This document shows, piece after piece, positions 28,980 through 41,754 of a DNA stretch of 64,000 bases; position 1 is the stretch's first letter, and every line of letters begins with the position of its first letter. The stretch spans positions 81,449 through 145,448 of the forward strand of contig JAUCBJ010001398.1 of NCBI GenBank assembly GCA_032718475.1, in the 5' to 3' direction. The notes under the pieces are model-generated. The model had not been told where the DNA came from, did no database searches, and worked only from the letters and a program-made list of their open reading frames with translations. The position numbers and the translations under genes were made by a program. Source of the stretch: Nemertoderma westbladi. Lineage: Eukaryota > Animalia > Xenacoelomorpha.

Positions 28980-29548
28980 CTAACATTCTCGCTATGGGGG
29001 TTTGCCTTGTCAAGGATTTTATTTCCTCTGTCAGTTTTTACTTTCGACCCTATCCAGACTGTCTGTCGGTCTGGGTCTGTCTGTCGGTCTGTCTGTCAGT
29101 CTGTCCGTCAAAAGTATAAGGAATCACATTAGCTAATTAAAATTCTCGCTATGGGGGTTCCTGGTCAAGGATTTCATTCCCGCTGTCAGTTTTCACTTTT
29201 GACCCTATCCAGACTGTCTGTCGGTCTGTCTGTCTGTCGGTCTGTCTGTCGGTCTGTCTGTCGGTCTGTCTGTCCGTCAAAAATATAAGGAATCACATTA
29301 GCTAATTAAAATTCTCTCTATGGGGGTTTTCCTGGTCAAGGATTTCATTTCCGCTGTCAGTTTTCACTTTTGACCCTATCCCGACTGTCTGTCGGTCTGT
29401 CTGTCGGTCTGTCTGTCCATCAAAAATATAAGGAATCACATCAGCTAATTAAAATTTTCTCTATGGGGGTTTTCCTGGTCAAGGATTTCATTTCCGCTGT
29501 CAGTTTTCACTTTTGACCCTATCCAGACTGTCTGTCGGTCAGTCTGTT
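28980..29548 (+). repeat. Tandem array of ~4 copies of a 150-170-bp unit with (GTCT/GTCG)n microsatellite, DINE-1/HINE-like
   Basis: ATTCTCGCTATGGGGGTT..GTCAAGGATTTCATT..CTGTCAGTTTT..GACCCTATCCAGACTGTCTGTCGGTC repeated near 28985, 29142, 29311, 29454; related sequence in opposite orientation near 39805-39920 and 41103-41200. Confidence 0.75.
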
Positions 29549-29904
29549 TAGGCTTTTTTGTTTAGGCTGTTTAGTCAGTTTAGGCCTACGTTACTGCAGT
29601 ACTGCCTTATTCTGTTATTGCAAAAGTCTGGCTCTCTGGCAGTCTGTAAGCAGGTCTGCAGTAGGCCGACCGTAGTTAAATTACAGTAGATACAAGCTGA
29701 AATGCGGCGCTAACATATAGAAGCATGTACTTAAGAGTCCAGCAACATTTTCCCTTCTTAGAAATCGAATAAATACCATGGAACAGACGTGTGTGCCATG
29801 TTACCGAAAGGGTTAATTAATAAAGGTAACAAACACAAGCTCTGTAGTACAAAAAATGGAAAGTCCAGTAGGTGCACTAAAGTAAAAATTAAGTGCCACG
29901 CTAT

Positions 29905-30838
29905 CAAGGCGTACTATATACAAGGCCATGCCATCGAGTTAACGGGGGGGCGGGTGACTGGGGGCAAGATTTTATTTACAACAATTTGATATTTTGATAT
30001 GGGGAGAGTTCTATAAATTTTCATTTGCTGCAATTTGGTCAATGGACGTAATTGAAGCATCCTCGTTAGGTAAGATACAAAATTTTATGGTAGCTAGTGT
30101 TTTAGGTAGGTTTAGCTAGTAATTTCGACACTGGTTCCGACATCCTACTTCCCTCTATAAATATTTTGTAGTAGCTAGTTCTTGTTACTATTTATATAGA
30201 AAATGTTCCAGAAGATGTTACGATTTTTAAAAAAAATTATGTTCTAGAACAAATATTTTTTGTTCTAGAACATTTTTTTAGAAAAAATCTGGATTTTATT
30301 TAAAACTCATGGAATCGTTCTAAAACGTGTTAAAAATCAATAAAAAAATTTTCAAAATTTATTTTTTTCACAATATTTATTTTTTTCACAATTTTAATTA
30401 TTGATTTTAAACACGTTTTAGAACGATTACATGCGTTTTAAATAGAATCCAGATTTTTTTCTAAAAAATGTTCTAGAACAAAAAATATTTGTTCTAGAAC
30501 ATAATTTTTTTAAAAATGAATAGCTAACATCTTCTGGAACATTTTATATACAAATAGTAACAAGAACTAGCTACTACAAAATATTTATAGAGGGAAGTGG
30601 GATGTCGGAACCAGTGTCGAAAATACTAGCTAAACCTACCTAAAACACTAGCTACCATAAAAGTTTGTATCTTACTTAACGAGGATGCTTCAATTACGTC
30701 CATTGATAAAATTGCAGCAAATTAAAATTTATAGAACTCTCCCCATATCAAAATATCAAATTGTTGTAAAAAAAATCTTGCCCCCAGTCACCGCCCCCAG
30801 TTAACTCGATGGCATGGCCTTGTTTATAGTACGCCTTG
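29905..30838. mobile_element. Foldback (almost fully palindromic) non-autonomous DNA transposon, 934 bp, 8-bp TSD; P- or hAT-superfamily-like
   Basis: Starts CAAGGCGTACTATA, ends TATAGTACGCCTTG; ~450-bp arms are reverse complements; CACGCTAT duplicated at 29897-29904 and 30839-30846. Confidence 0.9.
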
Positions 30839-31344
30839 CACGCTATCAAGCTTTTAATAAGTAGTGCAGTGCGGAGGTCGGCAGACCGGGTAGTACCTAG
30901 GCCTACCTTCTCTGTCTTTGTCATTCAAATTATAAATGTTAGGGGAATCTCCCAACTTGTGCCTATTAACAAAAACCATAGTCCATAATTTATCATTCCA
31001 CATGTACATTTTTACTTCCTACTTTTATTCTACAATTATTTCCTTTTAATTATAAAAAATTTTTCCGCGCATTGGAAGCAAGTAATCTAAAAATATCTGA
31101 TCAATAATATGAATTCTAGAGTAAAAGATTCTGAGCAACAAAAAATTGTTTGTAACGGAATAATTTGTCTCCTTTTATCGAACCTTAGCATAAAGTTTCA
31201 TTAAAGGCCAAAAAGGCATTGCGCGTTGCGTCAAAGACGGTAGGGGCCTACTACCTGCACGGAGCCAGTGCTGCAAGATTGAAGATAAAAAAATAAGCCA
31301 GACCGAGGAACACACAATGCCCCCTGTTACAATGAGGTTGCTGC

Positions 31345-32586
31345 CGCGGCAGAAACAGCTCCTGTGGTGCCCCTAGTAGAACCAGCCCAGTGAGGCCCGC
31401 GGTAGAACCAGCACAAATGGTGCCACCCGTAGAAACAGCTCAATTGGTGCCACCGGTAGAAACAGCTCAATTGGTGCCCCCTGTAGAACCGGCACAAATG
31501 GTGCCCGCGATAGAACCAGCACAAATGGTGCCACCGGTAGAACCAGCAAATATGGTGCCACCGGTAGAACCAGCACAAATGTGGTACTACCGGTAGAAAC
31601 AGCTCAAATGGTGCCCGCGGTAGAACCAGCCAAAGTGGTGCCCCTGTAGAACCGGTACAAATGGTGCCACCCGTAGAAACAGCTCAATTGGTGCCACCGG
31701 TAGAACCAGCACAAATGTGGTACTACCGGTAGAAACAGCTCAATTGGTGCCCGCGGTAGAACCAGCCCATAGGGTACCCCTGTAGAACCAGCACAAATGG
31801 TGGCACCGGTAGAACCAGCACAAATGTGGTACTACCGGTAGAAACAGCTCAAATGGTGCCCGCGGTAGAACCAGCCAAAGTGGTGCCCCTGCAGAACCGG
31901 TACAAATGGTGCCACCGGTAGAAACAGCTTTTGTGGTCCCCGCGGTATAACCAGCACAAATTATGCCTGCGGTAGAACCAGCCTAAGTGGTGCCTGCGGT
32001 AGAACCAGCCTAAGTGGTGTCACAGTGTAGAAACAGCTCATGTGGTGCCCGCGGTAGAACCAGCCCATATGGTACCCCTGTAGATCCAGCACAAATGGTG
32101 CCACCGGTAGAACCAGCACAAATGTGCTACTACCGGTAGAAACAGCTCAATTGGTGCCCGCGGTAGAACCAACACAAATGGTGCCACCGGTAGAACCAGC
32201 ACAAATGGTGCCCGCGGTAGAACCAGCTCCTGTGGTGTCCGCGGTAGAACCAGCCCGATGAGGCCCGCGGTAGAACCAGCACAAATGGTGCCACCGGTAG
32301 AACCAGCTCAAATGGTGCCCGCGGTAGAACCAGCCAAAGTGGTGCCCCTGTAGAACCGGTACAAATGGTGCCACCCGTAGAAACAGCTCAATTGGTGCCA
32401 CCGGTAGAACCAGCACAAATGTGGTACTACCGGTAGAAACAGCTCAATTGGTGCCCGCGGTAGAACAAGCCCAAGTGGTGCCCCTGTAAAACCAGCACAA
32501 ATGGTGCCACTGGTAGAACCAGCACAAAGTTTGGTACTACCGGTAGAAACAGCTCATGTGGTGACCGCGGCAGAAACAGCTCCTGT
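31345..32586 (+). repeat. Degenerate 28-31-bp minisatellite (core GGTAGAACCAGCACAAATGGTGCC), ~40 units
   Basis: Recurrent GTAGAA(C/A)CAGC core with variable spacer; unit-length variation breaks all reading frames. Confidence 0.9.
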
Positions 32587-34707
32587 TGGCGAGAGTACAC
32601 GCCATTGTAATATTCTTATCGAAAGGCATTAGATTAGCTTAGTTATCTTTAGGTACGCACCAAGAAAATTTTGATATTTTATAATATATTATGGTCAGTC
32701 ATATTGTCGTAAGAAATCTAAAATCTACTGTATAATATACCTAAAATGTGTGCAACGATACCTACAAATAACATTAGGAAAGTATTATTTAAACAACCCA
32801 CCAAAAATATATTTAAAAAGGTGCCATTTGCAACATTTCTATTGGACGCCAGTCTTGCATTAGGCCAGGCGGGCATATGATTCATTCTGTGTATAAGTCA
32901 CAATACTTGTACAGTTGTACTCTTAAACTCTAAAATTCTGAATTCTGTACTGTGCTGCTGTACTTCTGTACTTGTGTACTGCTGTACTGGAATATGTACC
33001 GGTCCGGTGCTGCCTGACTGATTATACAATTTAATTAATTTTACATATTAATATTCTGCAATGTGCTGATCAACAATACAGACTTTTAAAACCTAGTCCG
33101 CGGTCAGTGCTGTGCAGAGCCTACCGTCAGACCGTGCTGTCGTACCTTGCAACCTTGAAGGCGGTGAATCCCTGTGATATGGAGTAGGGATCATCTAGGC
33201 CCGACGCAGGCCTATGGAATGTGAAAGGGGGAAAGTCTGAGATGCGTTAGCTAACAAAAATCAGGGAAGTTGAACTATTGTACCAGGCCAGCCACTGCAG
33301 TAAGCGTTGTATTTGTTTTAAAATAGGGGAGATTAACCGCATTACAGTAATTTAGTTGCTTGGCGTTTATTTTGGGGCCCAAAAAAGGGGCACAGTTGAC
33401 TTTGTTACCCTTTGCATTTACTACCAGGTGTCAAGTTATGAGGTCAATTGTGACTGATAACAGGGCAGCAGGGGTAAGTGGTGAAGTGTAGGCGCCTAGC
33501 TAAAAATTGTGCGGTGTGATTAGGCTAAGCCAAATAAGGGAGGTTCGGGAGGTGCGTCCTGATTGTTACTACAGGATTAGCGCCCTAGTTTGTGAGCTTC
33601 TTTGTGAGGGTTCATTGGGTTTTATTTTGCTTTATTCATTCATGCCCTGATGGTTTGTTGTGGGATTAGCTTGGCGTTGAGAAATTAATATATATACCAA
33701 GTTTCGGCTTACTATCGTTACCTACGGTCTTGGGAGGTGAACGAAAATAAGTTTTTATCATCACGGTACCGTATTTTATTTTCTCATCTCATTTTAACCC
33801 ATTTCACAATTCCTACAGGTACATTTGTATAGCGAAGCCAAGGTTTACCCTTTTTCCCTTACCTGCTGCTTGATGAACAACGATACTTGCGTCTAACAAA
33901 AGCCAAAGGGTGATAAACATTATTTTGATCTATCTATGCCAAAACCCCCTTACTAGAAACATACATTTTTACATTGCAAAACTATAAAACGGTTTCATTC
34001 TAGAATATTTTGGATAAAATTATGTAATATTGTTTTGGACCTCGCCACTATTTGAATTACACTGCAGATCGGATCGAGTCGGGATTCCAACTGGATTACT
34101 GGGTTGTTGTAAAATAAATTATTTAAGCGAGTGGGTATCTCGCATTATTGCCAGAAAGTTGTAGAAAATTATCATTTAAAATATTTAGATTTCCCTTTGT
34201 AGCGGGTGTTTTTCTGCAATCATTACCGGTATGGATTTTAGCAGGGTTATATGTGCTATTTGAGCACAAATAACTGTAGCTGCATTTGGATGGATTTTCA
34301 ACAGTATTGGATTAGCTGCTGTTGGATTTATCAGTAGTAAATGCAAAAATTATTTAATAATTTATTTCAGAAAATTTTGAAATAAAAGTTTTAGAAAGTT
34401 AAAAAATTGGATAAAGTTTGACTGATAAAATTCTAGAACAAAGTGATCTTTGGAATCGTGAGTTCGATTTTCTGTTTTGTATTCAGGTTGTGGCGAATTT
34501 GAATTTAATTTTGCCTTTCAATTTTGGACAAAATTTGTAATTTACAGTAGGGTAAATCTGCCAGGCCACCGCTGATTTCTCTATACAACTTACAGGTACG
34601 GGTAAAGTCACTGCAAATGAGTTCGGGAGCCCGGAGACGCCAAATCCGTCGGTGCATTCGTGGTCCGCGCAACCCACGATTACTTTGGCATTCGAAGAAA
34701 CGCGACT

Positions 34708-37700
34708 TTAAAAGCGTGTCCAGGGATACTAAAAGCGTGTCCAGTGATACTAAAAGCGTGTCCAGTGATGATACTAAAAGCGTGTCCAGTGATACTAAAA
34801 GCGTGTCCAGTGATACTAGCACTAGTCCAGTGATACTAAAAGCGTGTCCAGTGATGATACTAAAAGCGTGTCCAGTGATACTAAAAGCGTGTCCAGTGAT
34901 ACTAAAAGCGTGTCCAGTGATGATACTAAAAGCGTGTCCAGTGATACTAAAAGCGTGTCCAGTGATACTAAAAGCGTGTCCAGTGATGATACTAAAAGCG
35001 TGTCCAGTGATACTAAAAGCGTGTCCAGTGATACTAGCACTAGTCCAGTGATACTAAAAGCGTGTCCAGTGATGATACTAAAAGCGTGTCCAGTGATACT
35101 AAAAGCGTGTCCAGTGATACTAAAAGCGTGTCCAGTGATGATACTAAAAGCGTGTCCAGTGATACTAAAAGCGTGTCCAGTGATACTAAAAGCGTGTCCA
35201 GTGATGATACTAAAAGCGTGTCCAGTGATGATACTAAAAGCGTGTCCAGTGATACTAAAAGCGTGTCCAGTGATACTAAAAGCGTGTCCAGTGATACTAA
35301 AAGCGTGTCCAGTGATACTAAAAGCGTGTCCAGTGATACTAAAAGCGTGTCCAGTGATGATACTAAAAGCGTGTCCAGTGATACTAAAAGCGTGTCCAGT
35401 GATACTAAAAGCGTGTCCAGTGATACTAGCACTAGTCCAGTGATACTAAAAGCGTGTCCAGTGATGATACTAAAAGCGTGTCCAGTGATACTAAAAGCGT
35501 GTCCAGTGATACTAAAAGCGTGTCCAGTGATGATACTAAAAGCGTGTCCAGTGATACTAAAAGCGTGTCCAGTGATACTAAAAGCGTGTCCAGTGATACT
35601 AAAAGCGTGTCCAGTGATGATACTAAAAGCGTGTCCAGTGATACTAAAAGCGTGTCCAGTGATACTAAAAGCGTGTCCAGTGATACTAAAAGCGTGTCCA
35701 GTGATACTAAAAGCGTGTCCAGTGATACTAAAAGCGTGTCCAGTGATACTAAAAGCGTGTCCAGTGATACTAAAAGCGTGTCCAGTGATACTAAAAGCGT
35801 GTTCAGTGATACTAAAAGCGTGTCCAGTGATACTAAAAGCGTGTCCAGTGATACTAAAAGCGTGTCCAGTGATGATACTAAAAGCGTGTCCAGTGATACT
35901 AAAAGCGTGTCCAGTGATACTAAAAGCGTGTCCAGTGATACTAAAAGCGTGTCCAGTGATACTAAAAGCGTGTCCAGTGATACTAGCACTAGTCCAGTGA
36001 GACTAAAAGCGTGTCCAGTGATACTAAAAGCGTGTCCAGTGATACTAAAAGCGTGTCCAGTGATACTAGCACTAGTCCAGTGATACTAAAAGCGTGTCCA
36101 GTGATGATACTAAAAGCGTGTCCAGTGATACTAAAAGCGTGTCCAGTGATACTAAAAGCGTGTCCAGTGATACTAAAAGCGTGTCCAGTGATACTAAAAG
36201 CGTGTCCAGTGATACTAAAAGCGTGTCTAGTGATACTAAAAGCGTGTCCAGTGATACTAGCACTAGTCCAGTGAGACTAAAAGCGTGTCCAGTGATACTA
36301 AAAGCGTGTCCAGTGATACTAGCACTAGTCCAGTGATACTAAAAGCGTGTCCAGTGATGATACTAAAAGCGTGTCCAGTGATACTAAAAGCGTGTCCAGT
36401 GATACTAGCACTAGTCCAGTGATACTAAAAGCGTGTCCAGTGATGATACTAAAAGCGTGTCCAGTGATACTAAAAGCGTGTCCAGTGATACTAAAAGCGT
36501 GTCCAGTGATACTAAAAGCGTGTCCAGTGATACTAAAAGCGTGTCCAGTGATACTAAAAGCGTGTCCAGTGATACTAAAAGCGTGTCCAGTGATGATACT
36601 AAAAGCGTGTCCAGTGATACTAAAAGCGTGTCCAGTGATACTAAAAGCGTGTCCAGTGATACTAAAAGCGTGTCCAGTGATACTAAAAGTGTGTCCAGTG
36701 ATACTAAAAGCGTGTCCAGTGATGATACTAAAAGCGTGTCCAGTGATACTAAAAGCGTGTCCAGTGATACTAAAAGCGTGTCCAGTGATACTAAAAGCGT
36801 GTCCAGGGATACTAAAAGCGTGTCCAGTGATACTAAAAGCGTGTCCAGTTATGATACTAAAAGCGTGTCCAGTGATACTAAAAGCGTGTCCAGTGATACT
36901 AGCACTAGTCCAGTGATACTAAAAGCGTGTCCAGTGATGATACTAAAAGCGTGTCCAGTGATACTAAAAGCGTGTCCAGTGATACTAAAAGCGTGTCCAG
37001 TGATGATACTAAAAGCGTGTCCAGTGATACTAAAAGCGTGTCCAGTGATACTAAAAGCGTGTCCAGTGATGATACTAAAAGCGTGTCCAGTGATACTAAA
37101 AGCGTGTCCAGTGATACTAGCACTAGTCCAGTGATACTAAAAGCGTGTCCAGTGATGATACTAAAAGCGTGTCCAGTGATACTAAAAGCGTGTCCAGTGA
37201 TACTAAAAGCGTGTCCAGTGATGATACTAAAAGCGTGTCCAGTGATACTAAAAGCGTGTCCAGTGATACTAAAAGCGTGTCCAGTGATGATACTAAAAGC
37301 GTGTCCAGTGATGATACTAAAAGCGTGTCCAGTGATACTAAAAGCGTGTCCAGTGATACTAAAAGCGTGTCCAGTGATACTAAAAGCGTGTCCAGTGATA
37401 CTAAAAGTGTGTCCAGTGATACTAAAAGCGTGTCCAGTGATGATACTAAAAGCGTGTCCAGTGATACTAAAAGCGTGTCCAGTGATACTAAAAGCGTGTC
37501 CAGTGATACTAGCACTAGTCCAGTGATACTAAAAGCGTGTCCAGTGATGATACTAAAAGCGTGTCCAGTGATACTAAAAGCGTGTCCAGTGATACTAAAA
37601 GCGTGTCCAGTGATGATACTAAAAGCGTGTCCAGTGATACTAAAAGCGTGTCCAGTGATACTAAAAGCGTGTCCAGTGATACTAAAAGCGTGTCCAGTGA

Positions 37701-38456
37701 TGATACTAAAAGCGTGTCCAGTGATACTAAAAGCGTGTCCAGTGATACTAAAAGCGTGTCCAGTGATACTAAAAGCGTGTCCAGTGATACTAAAAGTGTG
37801 TCCAGTGATACTAAAAGCGTGTCCAGTGATGATACTAAAAGCGTGTCCAGTGATACTAAAAGCGTGTCCAGTGATACTAAAAGCGTGTTCAGTGATACTA
37901 AAAGCGTGTCCAGTGATACTAAAAGCGTGTCCAGTGATACTAAAAGCGTGTCCAGTGATGATACTAAAAGCGTGTCCAGTGATACTAAAAGCGTGTCCAG
38001 TGATACTAGCACTAGTCCAGTGATACTAAAAGCGTGTCCAGTGATGATACTAAAAGCGTGTCCAGTGATACTAAAAGCGTGTCCAGTGATACTAAAAGCG
38101 TGTCCAGTGATGATACTAAAAGCGTGTCCAGTGATACTAAAAGCGTGTCCAGTGATACTAAAAGCGTGTCCAGTGATGATACTAAAAGCGTGTCCAGTGA
38201 TACTAAAAGCGTGTCCAGTGATACTAGCACTAGTCCAGTGATACTAAAAGCGTGTCCAGTGATGATACTAAAAGCGTGTCCAGTGATACTAAAAGCGTGT
38301 CCAGTGATACTAAAAGCGTGTCCAGTGATGATACTAAAAGCGTGTCCAGTGATACTAAAAGCGTGTCCAGTGATACTAAAAGCGTGTCCAGTGATGATAC
38401 TAAAAGCGTGTCCAGTGATACTAAAAGCGTGTCCAGTGATATTGCACTAGTCCAGT
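34708..38456 (+). repeat. 21-bp minisatellite (GATACTAAAAGCGTGTCCAGT) with 24-bp and 20-bp variant units and higher-order structure, ~3.75 kb
   Basis: Units A (21 nt), B (A plus GAT) and C (GATACTAGCACTAGTCCAGT); block 34822-35432 recurs at 36905-37515 and a 218-bp sub-block recurs at 38012-38230. Confidence 0.98.
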
Positions 38457-41280
38457 ATATGTCCAGCACTAGTCGCACTGCAGTTATTCTTCAACCTTAT
38501 ATTGATTGTATATTTTATACTTATCCTAAATTATTAGAACGATTGTTAAGGTTGTTATCCGGCTAATTACAGTAGTTACGTAATAATTATTGAAATTCAA
38601 GAACACTATAATTTATTTAACATTGAGTAAAGCAGTATCAGGAGTTGAAAAGTACAAGCATTTGAATTGCAGTAACTATGGAAGCAATATAGTAAAATAC
38701 TACAGTTCAATATATTTTGTAACACTATCAGAATTGAGCAACAAAAAGTACCAATTTATGAATAAAATTACGTATTACATAGTAAAAAAAAAGTAGAAAC
38801 TTTTTCCACTATTCTCGAGGTATTTTATTTATCGAGAGCAAGCGAGGTATGCTAATTCAATAATTATTTTTTATTAATTAATATAAATTAATACTAATAC
38901 ATGCACAGTTGTACTGTTTCAATTTAAGTCTGTGTAAATTCAAATTCCCGTCAGTGCAAATTGACTTATACCCCCCAAATTGTTTTGGTCTAGCGCCTGC
39001 AAATGATTGACATTTTTAATAAATTAGGGGGGTGGGCTCCGACTTGCTAAAATGGTAAAATGGTTGTTGTATTATGGGAGATGGTGTATGTTCTATAGCT
39101 ATATAAAATTTATAATACAATTTCAGTTAATACAATACTCATTCACCTAAAACACAAATCACATACGATTCTCGACCCAATACACAAACAATAACTATAT
39201 TGAGAAATGATAAAAGACATTGAGGGATAAACTACTTTCAGCAGAAAAACTCCACAGATATTTAGGGCACCAGGTGTGGCACAAAGTCACATCTAATTGG
39301 CTTACATGATACAGGCATAAATCCTTCAGAAAATAAATTATCTAAGAATTTTAAGTGAAAGGCAATTTCATAATGAATATCCGGGTTGAATGCGGTCGCA
39401 GGTGATATCAAACTGAGGAATTAAAACCAACTAAAATAATAAAAGGTTGAGCGAATCAATTGGGCCACAAATCTTGGTAGGTCCAAATATCAGTTACTTG
39501 TAAGGATGTCTTTTATGAATGCGCCAAAAGATCACTAAAAGTGTCATCATAAATCTAATGTGACTAGCGTAGATACATTTGTAAAGGACGGAAGGGAAAT
39601 ATATTACAGAACAGATATTCACGATTTCATCCGTAACTGGCGATACATGTGAAGGAACCAAGGAAACTTGAAAACAATGCGGCTAGATTTACCGTGGAAG
39701 ATTTCCCATTGTGGCGAACAGGCCCGAAATAAGCTTAACGAGATATCTTCTAGTTCTTGAATTATCTTTGTTTTTCAGTTTGATGGTCTGTCACTCAAAT
39801 TGTAAGACAGACAGACAACTGAAAGACAGACAGACATACATACTAGATTCCACCAAACCATAAAACTGACATCGGAAAAGAAATTAGCGACCCCGAAAAC
39901 CCCCTCAATGAAAATTTTAGCGACAATTTTATTCAATAATTTCGGGAATTTTCTTATAGAAAAGCAACGCGTGGCTAATTTTAAATAAAAGATGGTACCC
40001 GGTATTATTTTTTTGTGCTATTTCTATTTTCGCTGTGTTCGATTGTGTTCACCAGTTTTTGGAGTGTGTTCGGTTGTGTTCTACTGTGATCGCTTGTGTT
40101 CTGTAAAAAGATCTATTCAGTTTTGGCGGGACGGCTTAAACTTTAAAGGCCTTTATACAGTATTAGAATGACATTTTTCATTTTTCAAATTACTACTTCT
40201 CCGCCATTTTTCAACCAATTTTCTTAATTTTTGGCTCATTCGAAAGGTTTTCGGCAGTTATTTAGATATTATCGGCTGGAATTTTTATATTTATATATTT
40301 ACAGCCAATTTTTAAGATTACAACCAAAAATTAACTCAAATTTTGTCAAATATTCCTAAATATAATTTAATATTAATTAATTTTCATAAATAAAAGTAAA
40401 CTAAAAATTTTAACAGATAATTGTGTGCAATTTGATAAAAAAAATGTTTAATTATGAAATTTGAAAAATTTTCGAAAAACATTAATTTTTAAGCCATTTT
40501 TAACAGCCAATACTGTTTAAAATCAAAATATTTTGATTTCAGTTGAAATTGTAGACATTTAAAAAAAGTTTTCAGGTTAGAGCGCCAGACACCCAACCAG
40601 CAGGTCATCATTTCGATTCCACCTGAGCATTAATGCAGACCTTGCTCAGCTGTGCCCAAAGGAATCCATGATAACATGAATCCACTCGTTAACCAATAAT
40701 ATATCAAATATAAAAACTAATGGTGGGGTGGACGGACAATATCCAGAAATAATTAAAATACAAAAAATATCAAAGAAGATTTCTTACATACACAATAGGT
40801 ATTATCTAACTCCGAGAGAGGAATTAACCATCAATATATCATGATAAACTACCAATGAAAAGGATAGAAAGATAAATGAAACTTTACTTAAAATAATAAA
40901 TTAACCAATCACATAAAGCTTCCTGTTAACCTAATTATGTTTTCATATAACTCAACTTCAAGAGGCAAAGTAGCTAGCAGCAGCAATAATATTATCTAAA
41001 ATTAAACTTAAAATCACTCAGAATAGAAAACTGCTGGGAATTAGGTTAAATTTTACTTTGATGAAGGATAATAATTGGGTTAAGGGGGGGGGGGGGGGGG
41101 GGGACAGACAGACAACTGACCGACGGACAGACTAGATTCCGCCAATTATTAAAACTGACATCGTAAATGAAATCAGCTACCCCGAAAACCCCTATAAATA
41201 TAATCTTAGCTCGGTGGTTTTTTTGCAATTTTTGACTTAATTGAAAGGTAATTTCATTAAAAAATACATCCACCCTCACA

Positions 41281-41311
<31 letters not shown>

Positions 41312-41754
41312 CCCCCTTCTTAATCAAAGGTGTATGAAAAATTACAGTAGAAGCAGCAAGAATTCGTAAAATATAACTAAAATAATTAATTAAGACACAC
41401 TTAATTAAACAAACAACTTTGTGTTAAATGAATCGGTATTTATAACAGTAGAATTGGATATAAACTAACTTTGTATCAGCTCCAGGATGCACGATGCAGT
41501 TCTGCGACGCCAACTCAATTTCACTGTGGCTCCAAACCGAGCACAGAGAATCAAAGGAATATAGACAGTTCAATTTATCTCGCAAACTGAAACAACTTCT
41601 TTAGCAATCTGTAAGTAATAAAGATTAGACGGTTAATCTAACAAGAATTACAGTATATACTAATAGAATTAGAATTACAAATATTAATTAATTACTAATA
41701 TTAATTCCTTATTAGAATTATACACCATGACCCAGTGTCATTTTCTGATGACTC

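Noticed and set aside
34617-38566. SVSSDTK / VILKACP repeat proteins
   Set aside because: Several frames are open merely because units are 21/24 bp; 20-bp units shift frame repeatedly.
39200-39770. Possible decayed LINE endonuclease fragment on the minus strand (FLDNLFSEGFMP..KP.R)
   Set aside because: Only one short motif is recognisable amid stops; insufficient to call.
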